64,000 nucleotides of DNA, from the IMG/VR virus record IMGVR_UViG_3300037245_003639; one strand, given 5' to 3'. The position numbers and the translations under genes are program-made. Shown here one piece after another: positions 54,643 to 63,226 of the stretch. Each line of letters opens with the position of its first letter. The stretch's first letter is position 1. The notes under the pieces were generated by a model. The model was not told the DNA's origin and searched no databases. It saw only the letters and a program-made list of their open reading frames with translations. The stretch is from a virus.

Positions 54643-55763
54643 TTTTCAGTTATTTTCTGGAATTTCCGCTCGATATTCGTCTTTACCAAGTCCCAGAGGC
54701 CCGACATCTCGTCGGCTGGCATCGATGATACGTCAAAAACGTTGATCTGGACCTTGGCCCCTCCGATACCATGTTTGGCTCCACCGTTACCCTGACCGAA
54801 GAGTTCGTCCAAAAGATTCTGAGCATCCAGAGTTGAACTTGAAGTTCGCACACTTCCTCGCACAGCACCTTCCACAATAGCATATACCACAACTGTCTGA
54901 ATGCCCTGCAATCTCATGAACTTATCTGCCAAATAAGGAATACAATCGCTCTTGGAATCTTCCAAGAACCCTAAACCCGCAATCAAACTTGGGGGTTGAT
55001 AACTTTTGTTCTCCCAGGCGGTACGTTCCGCATCAAACACGTAAGGTGATAGTTCATAATTGACGATTTTATGGAATTTTTCGTCACTAAAATGACGGCT
55101 CAAAACTTTGTATGCCTGAAAATCATCATCTGTCGTGTTTTCTGTCAAAAAGTCCAGTGTGTCTGTTTTGATACCAACTGCTAAAGATGTGGCAATCTCT
55201 CTCATGTTGTCTGCATCAGGATCGAAACACTGAATTTGCTCATCCTCCACTTGTATGCAAAGCGAAAGCATCAGATCAACAATCAGGGTCGCACATGCTC
55301 CAATTTCATCATGAATCGAGAGGACGCCTCTGGCCGGGACATTTTTGTGATGATCCACCACAATATCAGGATCAAATGGAATGCTCATGTTATTTTGGCC
55401 GCCAACACAATCTACGAAAACAACAACTGGTTTCTCTTTGGCGTTGATGAACTCATTCTCGATGGTTTTTGTCCAAGGGTTGATCGGAATCTTCAAGACG
55501 GTTTTCATCGCTCGATTTTGTGGGTGAGAGATTTCTCCGCAGTAATACATTTTGATCGATTCTGCGCCCAAGAACGATAGAATATGGAACATTCCATACG
55601 CAGAAGCCAGTGAATCAGGATCGGGATTATCATGCGAACAAACTATAAACTGTCTATGTCGTTGCTCTTCAATAAATTTGCAAAAGGCATCTTTCTTGGC
55701 TTTGACCTTTTTGTTGCCAATTGGGGCGATTAGATTTTTGTGTTCTTTATTACTATCGGACAT
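54639..55763 (-). CDS. DHH-DHHA1 family phosphoesterase, NrnA or RecJ-core like
   Basis: Motifs present: VCSHDNPDPDSLASA (DHH motif I), VFVDCVGG, VVDHHKN (DHH), and Gly-rich GNGGAKHGIGGAK (DHHA1 GGGH-like). Confidence 0.7.
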   Translation of the reverse strand: MSDSNKEHKNLIAPIGNKKVKAKKDAFCKFIEEQRHRQFIVCSHDNPDPDSLASAYGMFHILSFLGAESIKMYYCGEISHPQNRAMKTVLKIPINPWTKTIENEFINAKEKPVVVFVDCVGGQNNMSIPFDPDIVVDHHKNVPARGVLSIHDEIGACATLIVDLMLSLCIQVEDEQIQCFDPDADNMREIATSLAVGIKTDTLDFLTENTTDDDFQAYKVLSRHFSDEKFHKIVNYELSPYVFDAERTAWENKSYQPPSLIAGLGFLEDSKSDCIPYLADKFMRLQGIQTVVVYAIVEGAVRGSVRTSSSTLDAQNLLDELFGQGNGGAKHGIGGAKVQINVFDVSSMPADEMSGLWDLVKTNIERKFQKITEK

Positions 55764-55772
55764 GACTGCTTT

Positions 55773-56201
55773 CTAGATGTTGCGGATGGCTTTGCGGGCG
55801 ATATCCATATGAGTCGAGAGATATTCGTTCACTATTGTACAACAAGTCTCCTCGATAATTTCAAAATCGCGTAAATCAAGTCCTTCCGAACTCTGAAGTC
55901 TTTTTCTTTGGGCGTCAATTAAATCAGATAGTTTGGTTTCATCCACGATAGCGCTAACCACCTGAAGCCAAGTTTCCCCATTGTCAAACGCAGCGTTGAT
56001 TTCGTCGTCGGAGGCTTCACCGAATAAATCAGCCAAACATTCGACATAACCGGTCTGGCACCCATCTTGTTGCTCCATGTCCAAACCAACGAGTTTTTTG
56101 GTTTCCCATTTGACTAAACTGGAGAATATCGTGACAATGAAATCATCTGTCAATGATGGTTCAAGTATATACACTGCCATATCAGTATTTTCCTTGGACA
56201 A
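55773..56201 (-). CDS. Hypothetical acidic protein (142 aa) within the RNA-repair operon
   Basis: The ORF is tightly packed between the HD-Pnk and DHH genes. Confidence 0.5.
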   Translation of the reverse strand: MSKENTDMAVYILEPSLTDDFIVTIFSSLVKWETKKLVGLDMEQQDGCQTGYVECLADLFGEASDDEINAAFDNGETWLQVVSAIVDETKLSDLIDAQRKRLQSSEGLDLRDFEIIEETCCTIVNEYLSTHMDIARKAIRNI

Positions 56202-57269
56202 TTATACATAGATGACCTCGTGGGCCTCGGTTAGATCAGGGACTTCCCATTTATTCAATAGCTTGTTGATAACGGTTTCGGGGACTGCATTTTTTCGGGC
56301 TTTGTTTTGCTTCCATAGGTTATCGTGATCGGTTTCAACATAGACTATACAGATACGGGCTCCGTACTGCCGAAGCAACGTGAGACATTTATTACGAACC
56401 ATTTTGCTTACGTTAGTAGCATTCCAAACAAAATCCCGCCTGGCACCCAATAGACGTTTCGCTTCATCCTTGGCCTGCCGGATGACCTTTGACTGATTAT
56501 CCGCAGGTCGGACTCGCAGACTCTCTCTGATTGCGTCAAGAGAAACAACTGGTAGACCATCACAGTTGGCATGGATATAATGGCTTTTCCCTGAGCCCGG
56601 TAATCCTGACATAACTATCACTGTCGGTCTAAGCGGCGGACGAGCTTGGCTGCGGATATCTTGGCCCAGGTTGAAATGAGCAACCCGGGCATGATCAGAA
56701 GCAAATGGGTAAGAAGCTCCCCAGCAACCAATCTCCTGACAGAATTTCCGGAATATATGAACTTTCTCAACACTTTCGCCCCCATCAGATAGACAATGCC
56801 GACCTTCCGCATCCGCCTCAGCCAATATAGCCAGCAAGTCAGTTCTGACGGACAAACTGATTTGTGCCACGTAACTTTCCATGTCAGATGCATCCAACAG
56901 ATGCAAAGGGCGCATATGATATTTGACCAGATTGCAAACATCTTCGCGGGCTCTGAAGTCGGCTCCGGCTTCCCAAAGAATGCGACGAGCCTTTATAGTC
57001 CCTTTGAGAGCATGGTTTTTGCTGGTAATGCGCCCATCAACAACATCGAATACGTCAGGCTTGGCACAGTCATGCAAGATTGCTGCCGTTAGGAGAATAT
57101 CCTGAATCTCATTTGGTTGTGCCTGATAAGCGCGGAGTCCACGTAGAGCCGAGCATACTAACTGCGTATGAACCCAAACATCGCCTTCTCCGTGATATTC
57201 GGGACTTTGCTCACATTGACGCATCGCATCAACCCAGGGAGCATCCAGATTATTCGGGTCGAGCAACAT
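56202..57269 (-). CDS. HD-Pnk: an N-terminal HD phosphohydrolase fused to a C-terminal P-loop polynucleotide kinase
   Basis: The HD motifs are HGEGDVWVH, ILHDCAKP, KYHMRP and EADAEGRH. The Walker A motif is VMSGLPGSGKSH. Confidence 0.75.
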   Translation of the reverse strand: MLLDPNNLDAPWVDAMRQCEQSPEYHGEGDVWVHTQLVCSALRGLRAYQAQPNEIQDILLTAAILHDCAKPDVFDVVDGRITSKNHALKGTIKARRILWEAGADFRAREDVCNLVKYHMRPLHLLDASDMESYVAQISLSVRTDLLAILAEADAEGRHCLSDGGESVEKVHIFRKFCQEIGCWGASYPFASDHARVAHFNLGQDIRSQARPPLRPTVIVMSGLPGSGKSHYIHANCDGLPVVSLDAIRESLRVRPADNQSKVIRQAKDEAKRLLGARRDFVWNATNVSKMVRNKCLTLLRQYGARICIVYVETDHDNLWKQNKARKNAVPETVINKLLNKWEVPDLTEAHEVIYV

Positions 57270-57978
57270 TACATTTGCATCCTTCGTTTATCTGGGTCTC
57301 GATACGTCTAATCTGCGAAGTCCAACAATCGATAGCCAAATAGCCACTTAGCGCATCAGCCTCGACTAACAGTTTGATTACTTCGATGGCTTGCATGCTA
57401 CCGACCATGCCAACCGCTGCTCCTAATACTCCTCGCTCAACATCTGGAGTACCGCAGACGCTGGCCTCAAATATGCACCACAAACAAGCTGTCTGGCCCG
57501 GGACAATAGCCCAGACTCTTCCTTCTGTTTCTGTCACTCCGCCGTAAACCCAGGGTTTGCGGAGTTTGATGGCCCAATCGTTGATGATAAAACGACTATC
57601 CATATTGTCTGTGCAATCGGCAATTACATCTGCATCCGCCAGCAACTCCTCTGCGTTGCCATCTGTCAGTCGTTTAGATTCCAATCGCAGCCGAATCGTT
57701 GGGTTAATTCTTAATAAACGAACTCCTGCTCGTTCAACTTTGAATTTACCCACGTCAACGCTGTCGTAAAGAACTTGACGAGGCAAATTGCTTGATGCAA
57801 CTCGGTCATCGTCAATGAGTGTTACGTTGACGCCTGAGCGAACCAAAGACGAGCTAACTACGCAGCCCATTCCTCCGCAACCAACGATGGCTACTCGTTT
57901 TTCACGCAGTTTAGTATGACGCTTCGCTCCCAGAAGAGCTATTTGCCGATTGTATCGGTCATCGGTTATGCGGCCCAT
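57250..57978 (-). CDS. E1-like adenylyltransferase of the ThiF/MoeB family
   Basis: Motifs present: RYNRQI, VAIVGCGGMGC, DDDRVASSNLPRQ, DCTDNMDSRF, plus the Zn motif CLWC...GCKC. The RBS is AGGAG with an 8-nt spacer. Confidence 0.75.
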   Translation of the reverse strand: MGRITDDRYNRQIALLGAKRHTKLREKRVAIVGCGGMGCVVSSSLVRSGVNVTLIDDDRVASSNLPRQVLYDSVDVGKFKVERAGVRLLRINPTIRLRLESKRLTDGNAEELLADADVIADCTDNMDSRFIINDWAIKLRKPWVYGGVTETEGRVWAIVPGQTACLWCIFEASVCGTPDVERGVLGAAVGMVGSMQAIEVIKLLVEADALSGYLAIDCWTSQIRRIETQINEGCKCNVARPE

Positions 57979-58754
57979 ATATCAACTCCTGGAGCCAGTT
58001 GATTTTCTACAATTGGTCGTTCCATCCAATGAGAGCCCGAATCAAGCAACTGCTGTACGAAACTGTGTCGCACAAACTTTAGTCGCTCACTGACAACTCC
58101 GTCTTCTTCCACTTTGATATATAGGCCCTCGGAGAGCCTGCTCATATCCGTCTCTGCTTTCGTGGCGTCAAACTCATGTTTGGCAGCTTCGGCTGCAAGT
58201 TCCAGGGCTAATTCCCAATCCTCACTTTTGTACAGAGAAGTTCCTACCAGCGAAAGCAGATGATCATAATCTTCGGCGGTTCCTGACCACAAAACAGGCA
58301 CGGAGATCACTGGCAATTTCTCCAGCATCGCATAACGCCGTGGAGTATCCAAAAAGACTTCTGTTTCTTTGTCGAAAATATCGAACTCCATGAAGAGATG
58401 CGGGAGCATGTCATAAAACTCGGTATGCTTAGCCTGCATCCATTCGCCGTACATAATATAGCGATTACCTAGCACCTTCCAGAAACTGTCTGCATGGCAT
58501 GGAGCCCAAGCTTTCAGCCTCGTGAAGTGGCGCTCGCGTGGACCTCCCCGCAACGCATGGCCTCGACTTTGAAGCAACAAATCACCTTTGCCATGAAAAC
58601 TGACAGCGCAATTGGCCCCGTCGAGTTTCTCTTCCACGACGATATGACGACCCTTCAAATCCACGAACGGAACCTGTGTCAGGTCTTCATCGCCTTGTTG
58701 AAGACGAGAACCTTTCAAGTGACGAGTCCTGGGATATTTGTAGAAGTCTTTCAT
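57966..58754 (-). CDS. ATP-dependent RNA ligase, Rnl2-like nucleotidyltransferase
   Basis: The N-terminal KYPRTRHL is followed by motif I EEKLDGAN (KxDGxN). The likely true start is MKDFYKYPRTRHL. The ORF-track start at 58781 is a GTG. Confidence 0.65.
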   Translation of the reverse strand: MKDFYKYPRTRHLKGSRLQQGDEDLTQVPFVDLKGRHIVVEEKLDGANCAVSFHGKGDLLLQSRGHALRGGPRERHFTRLKAWAPCHADSFWKVLGNRYIMYGEWMQAKHTEFYDMLPHLFMEFDIFDKETEVFLDTPRRYAMLEKLPVISVPVLWSGTAEDYDHLLSLVGTSLYKSEDWELALELAAEAAKHEFDATKAETDMSRLSEGLYIKVEEDGVVSERLKFVRHSFVQQLLDSGSHWMERPIVENQLAPGVDIWAA

Positions 58755-59024
58755 AATTTCATCAACCCTATAGCGTAACACTGCGGAGCCAATTTGTCAA
58801 GGTTTTTTGGCAGAACAAAAATAACGGCAACTGCCGCCAGGGTATAAAACTCAAAATTATATGGTCTTTCCTGGAATGATGACAAAAAAAGTCACCATCC
58901 GCCTCTCCAGTATTGGAATTAGACGATTTCAATGCAAGGATTTTCCTCTCACGGGCCGTAAATAAGATAACAGGACAATATCCATATAATGGTGTAAATA
59001 TTTTTCGGACTATAAGGCACAAAT

Positions 59025-61814
59025 ATGAACTGGTTATTTCGCTTCAAAAAACTGGCTCAACAAACCATTCCACTTAACATGAAGAGTCTGATGGAACTCG
59101 GTGAGAGTCCATATGCCGAGACTGCTGCTAGTCTTCTACGCATGTTTGATAAGATGTTTACCCAAATTCCTCAGCTTCTCACAAACGAACCAATACTCAC
59201 AGACGTTGATGCCAGCAATCTCGGTAACGAAATATTCATTGCAGTAAAAGAAAATGATGATCTTCAGTTCGACGATTGGGATGATACATGGAATTTTATT
59301 ACGACTGTTGAGAGTGAAAGAGAACATCTTAGATCTAAATCAGAACTAAGGACAAGTTTCCATATTGATGGCTTAACCTATTCAGAAGAACCAGGCGCTT
59401 ATGGACCGATGATTAACGGAATTGCACTTCGCCAGGCAGATCCTGCTACACTTAGCGAGTTTGTTAACAAAATAAGAAAACTTGGCGAATATATCGAAGA
59501 AGCTAAAGATATGGTTGCAGGCGAACCCGAAGAGGCAGGTGGAGACTGGAACTCAGAAATGATGGTGGGCAGTGGCTGGTGGGAAGGCAAAGAAGTCAGA
59601 CAGTTCTACGACCAGTATAAAGCTGGTCTAGAACAAATACAACTTGTTATTCAGCAAAATCCCGGCTGGCAAAATAATTTCAATGAGTTGGTGGATAGCG
59701 TCACTGAATTGTCTATTACCTTCCTGTCTTTAATGCGAAAAAGCGAAACAGGGGAAACTGTCCCTCCGCCACAACTTCCCTGGATTGATGCCGAATTATT
59801 CAAAAGAAGCATCAAGGCAAATAACATCAACAAATCCACCGAATGGTTTATGAACAAAAATCCTGAATTCAAAGCAGGACTTCTAGCAGATGCTCAACGG
59901 CGGCACAGAGATGCTCAAGTTGCTGCATTGGAAGATAGCAAAATCCAATTTGATCATGCCCACGGCATGGCAGACACCCCTGTAGGAGAGACTAGCTGGT
60001 TGAATGCCCTGAGGATGCCATTCAATGGTCTTGATGAAGGTGATCCTCGTCTTTCATTGGACGCTAAAACTCTTTCCACTATGTCTGGTCGTATAGCCGC
60101 ATTACAAGTGCGGGGAGCAAACGAGACAAGTCAAGTCATTGCACTCTACGTTGTTGCCATTCAAATGAAAGCCATGAGTGATCCCAACCTTACTGACGCA
60201 TTCGGTAATAGTTTGGAATACGCTCCTGACAGAGATCGAGCGCGAGCAGGAGCCATGGCAGCGGAAGGAACCTACACATTACCTGAAGTTTTCCAAGGCA
60301 GGAGTGTTCGAGAAATCAGCGGATCGATTGAAACGCACTTCAGTGAAATGAGAGATTTCTTCGAGAATATCAAACGAATTGTCAAAACCCGAAATTACGA
60401 ATATTCAGAAGCAGAAGCTGTTCGCCTAAGAGAACTGGGGATTTTGAGCAAACCGATGCCGGGTATAAAATATCGAGTCCAGGAAGAACGTTTTCCAGGC
60501 ATGGGTTATCTGGAGGGTGAAGAAGTTGGTCGCGTTGGAACTAACTTCCAAATTGCTATCGCTCCTACTGCGGAATACTTGCAACAGAAAGGTTTACCCG
60601 AGAAAATCTTCTCCAAATATGACGCCCGCGACAGCCAAAAAGGTATGCACCTGCACGGATCTGCTCGCGACATAGATGGATTAGCTCCTATCGGATGGGT
60701 CGGTGGTTGGGTTGATCCTGAAACCAGGGAAATGTTCGTATTCGAAACTCAAAGTGACATAATGCAGCGCTCCGGGTTCATGAGAGATTCAGTTAAACTT
60801 GAGGACGAACGAAAAGCCAGGGCATTCCAATTAGAAGCAGACATGACTGCCGTGCAACAACAGATTACGGATCTGCAAACAGGAGCCACTCAACCTAAGA
60901 AGAAAAAAGGTCCAAAAGACGCTATCCGGGCCAATATCCGACGCATCAGAGCAGATATAGAACAGGCTAAGGCCGATTTAGATCAATTATCTCAGCAAAA
61001 TCAAGCAATGGAACAGCAGGCAGACTTCGATCCTAACCACCCAGGTTACTTGCATAATAAACAAGTCATAGACACCAAACTAAAAGCAATCTCCAAATTT
61101 ACTCAACAACTCCAGAGGATGGAGGAAAACCTGGCTCGCATTCCCGATCCTGTCGAGCCCGAACTCGCGCCCGAGATTCAGCAGCCCGAGGGACAGCCCG
61201 TTGCACCTGAAGGACAACCTGTTGCACCTGAAGGACAACCTGTTGCACCTGAAGGACAACCAGTCCCTGAGTTGCCGCAACAACTTCAACAGAAAATAAA
61301 TAAACTGCAAAACAAACTACAGAATCTGGAAGTGGAGTTGATTGAATCTAAAAAGCCAGTTCAACCACTTACGGGTTCATACGTTTGGCCACATTGGCAC
61401 GACTATCGTTCTAAGTTAGAGACGGCTTTCAAAGACTGGATTCCGATCTTCTGGAATACAGCCGTTAGAGAAGCCAAGCAGATGGGTATTGTCAGTCTCT
61501 ATATCGTCCACTCAGACGAACTTATGAAGATATGGGCGGGCGTTCTTAGAGGCAAAACCGCTGAAGAAAAAGAACTTGTCAGAGGTTTGTACAAAAGGGT
61601 CTACGATAAAATTGCAGAGGGCTATGGTGCAACAGAAGTCAATTATAGGGGCAGAAAATTCTTCCGAATTGACATCAACGATCCAAACCTGCGATTTGCG
61701 TCTAATTGGTTTATGAGAGCCCCTTACGACTCTCCGTATGCCCGTCTGGTCAAAATCAACTGGCCTAAATCACACGGGTTACCCAACACAACAGGATTGG
61801 TTCGTAGATCCTAA
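59025..61814 (+). CDS. Large protein of 929 aa, paralog B. It is the only plus-strand gene and carries a (PEGQPVA)n repeat.
   Basis: It shares N-terminus MNWLFRF with paralog A, along with GWVGGWVDPETREMFVFETQSDIMQRSGFMRD and WHDYRSKLETAFKDWIPIFWNTAVREAK. Confidence 0.6.
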   Translation: MNWLFRFKKLAQQTIPLNMKSLMELGESPYAETAASLLRMFDKMFTQIPQLLTNEPILTDVDASNLGNEIFIAVKENDDLQFDDWDDTWNFITTVESEREHLRSKSELRTSFHIDGLTYSEEPGAYGPMINGIALRQADPATLSEFVNKIRKLGEYIEEAKDMVAGEPEEAGGDWNSEMMVGSGWWEGKEVRQFYDQYKAGLEQIQLVIQQNPGWQNNFNELVDSVTELSITFLSLMRKSETGETVPPPQLPWIDAELFKRSIKANNINKSTEWFMNKNPEFKAGLLADAQRRHRDAQVAALEDSKIQFDHAHGMADTPVGETSWLNALRMPFNGLDEGDPRLSLDAKTLSTMSGRIAALQVRGANETSQVIALYVVAIQMKAMSDPNLTDAFGNSLEYAPDRDRARAGAMAAEGTYTLPEVFQGRSVREISGSIETHFSEMRDFFENIKRIVKTRNYEYSEAEAVRLRELGILSKPMPGIKYRVQEERFPGMGYLEGEEVGRVGTNFQIAIAPTAEYLQQKGLPEKIFSKYDARDSQKGMHLHGSARDIDGLAPIGWVGGWVDPETREMFVFETQSDIMQRSGFMRDSVKLEDERKARAFQLEADMTAVQQQITDLQTGATQPKKKKGPKDAIRANIRRIRADIEQAKADLDQLSQQNQAMEQQADFDPNHPGYLHNKQVIDTKLKAISKFTQQLQRMEENLARIPDPVEPELAPEIQQPEGQPVAPEGQPVAPEGQPVAPEGQPVPELPQQLQQKINKLQNKLQNLEVELIESKKPVQPLTGSYVWPHWHDYRSKLETAFKDWIPIFWNTAVREAKQMGIVSLYIVHSDELMKIWAGVLRGKTAEEKELVRGLYKRVYDKIAEGYGATEVNYRGRKFFRIDINDPNLRFASNWFMRAPYDSPYARLVKINWPKSHGLPNTTGLVRRS
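61188..61270. repeat. 21-bp in-frame tandem repeat, about 3.5 copies, encoding PEGQPVA
   Basis: The sequence cctgaaggacaacctgttgca is directly repeated. Confidence 0.6.
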
Positions 61815-62064
61815 ACTGCCAACAATCTTTGTCCCATCGATTGCAGATGTTACGCTTGAATCCATCGTCGGGGTCATACCAGACCCGGAGAACGACATCT
61901 CCAAATCTGGCAGCAATTTCCTGGGAATCCGTCAGGTAGGTGCAGCGATTCGGGGCGAAACGGGCATACTCCGGTCCGCAGTCGCGTTTACCCCACAACA
62001 CGCCCTCCTGCTGAATGGCGTCCCACGCAGCAGGAGAGGTGCCATGGAAGAATCGCTGCATCAT
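61765..62064 (-). CDS. Hypothetical protein (99 aa) that converges on and overlaps paralog B
   Basis: The ORF overlaps the plus-strand gene by 50 nt. Confidence 0.35.
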   Translation of the reverse strand: MMQRFFHGTSPAAWDAIQQEGVLWGKRDCGPEYARFAPNRCTYLTDSQEIAARFGDVVLRVWYDPDDGFKRNICNRWDKDCWQFRIYEPILLCWVTRVI

Positions 62065-62495
62065 TCGGCGTTATCCTTCTTGCCATCATCATCGGAGCCA
62101 CCCTTCTGCCATTTCTGAAGAGCGTCATAATCGGCCTTGTTGATGCATTTGTCGATGGCCTTGTCGCATTTGTCGAGTCTTTCCTTGGCCTTTTTGAGGG
62201 TGTCAGCTTGTTTCTTCGAGAACAACTCAGCCTGTTTTTCTCCGTGTGCATTGTAAGTCACATTGTCAGGCTTGATTTTGTTCACCTCACGAGCTAGGTC
62301 TTCACGAGTGGCCAGAGCTTTGGCCAGCATTTCAGCGCGACGTTGGATTTCCTTTTCTACTAACTGATTTTTCACTCGTCCGCGGATTTCACCACGATCT
62401 TGCAATTCTTCAACCGCGGTTTTAACATCTTTTCGCAATTGTACGGCAGCCGGGATTCTGTTGGCATCTACTTCGACAGTTGCACTATCAGTCAT
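62061..62495 (-). CDS. Coiled-coil Lys/Glu-rich protein (144 aa)
   Basis: ORF. Confidence 0.45.
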   Translation of the reverse strand: MTDSATVEVDANRIPAAVQLRKDVKTAVEELQDRGEIRGRVKNQLVEKEIQRRAEMLAKALATREDLAREVNKIKPDNVTYNAHGEKQAELFSKKQADTLKKAKERLDKCDKAIDKCINKADYDALQKWQKGGSDDDGKKDNAE

Positions 62496-62910
62496 CTAAA
62501 AACTCCTTTGCAACATTTGTGGGGAAACGTTTCGGAAGAAACTTGAAACTGCGGCGTTGACGAGCGGTTGGGTTAAACCGCTTCGTACAGTGTTCACATG
62601 GCCAGATTGAATGAAGCAATTGCCTCAGAGTATTAGCATTTCTCTGAGCTTCATACAATAGTGGGCCATGGACGGACAAAGCGGTATGTTCTCGCCAATA
62701 GGGGGGATCATATCTAACGCTATGGTAGTGTTCTGCTACTCGTGTGTTAGCATACTGCCTTAGCAACTGCTCAAAATCCAATGCATTCTGAGGGTAGTCG
62801 CAATGGGGGCATCTAAGACCACGCGAACGGAAAGCCTTCTGGATGACTTCGGCGTTACGCCAATCGGCATCTTCAAATGCTTCGGCTAAAATGTCAGTAG
62901 CAACGCTCAT
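62488..62910 (-). CDS. Zinc-finger protein (140 aa)
   Basis: The sequence contains CPHCDYP...CEHCTKRF. Confidence 0.5.
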   Translation of the reverse strand: MSVATDILAEAFEDADWRNAEVIQKAFRSRGLRCPHCDYPQNALDFEQLLRQYANTRVAEHYHSVRYDPPYWREHTALSVHGPLLYEAQRNANTLRQLLHSIWPCEHCTKRFNPTARQRRSFKFLPKRFPTNVAKEFLDD

Positions 62911-62941
62911 TTTTGATGGAAATCTGATTCCAGCAGGAAGT

Positions 62942-63226
62942 TTAGTCTTCTTGTACTTTCTTCATATCTTCGAGAACAGCAACAATCTCGTTGCCATTCC
63001 CGAACCATTTGGCGATTTTGTGCTGCATCTCACCCGGCGCTTTCGACAGAATTTCAGCGAAGGCGACCGAGACGCCAAATGAGATGTAGCGTTTGAGCAT
63101 CGCCAAAGCAGTGAAGAGAGCAACCCAGAAAATCACTTGGCCAATCAGACCAACCACCAGTTTTGCACCGAAGTCTTCCATGTTATACTCGCTGGGATAT
63201 GACGACTTCCTCTCGCTGTCCGACAT
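62942..63226 (-). CDS. Small membrane protein. Corrected start at MSDSERK.
   Basis: The RBS is GAGGAAG with a 7-nt spacer. There is one TM helix. Confidence 0.4.
   Translation of the reverse strand: MSDSERKSSYPSEYNMEDFGAKLVVGLIGQVIFWVALFTALAMLKRYISFGVSVAFAEILSKAPGEMQHKIAKWFGNGNEIVAVLEDMKKVQED

Noticed and set aside
59025-61814. Paralogs A and B as RNA polymerase subunits
   Set aside because: No NADFDGD, no double-psi beta-barrel signature and no T7-like motif (DxxxxD, K..Y) is visible.
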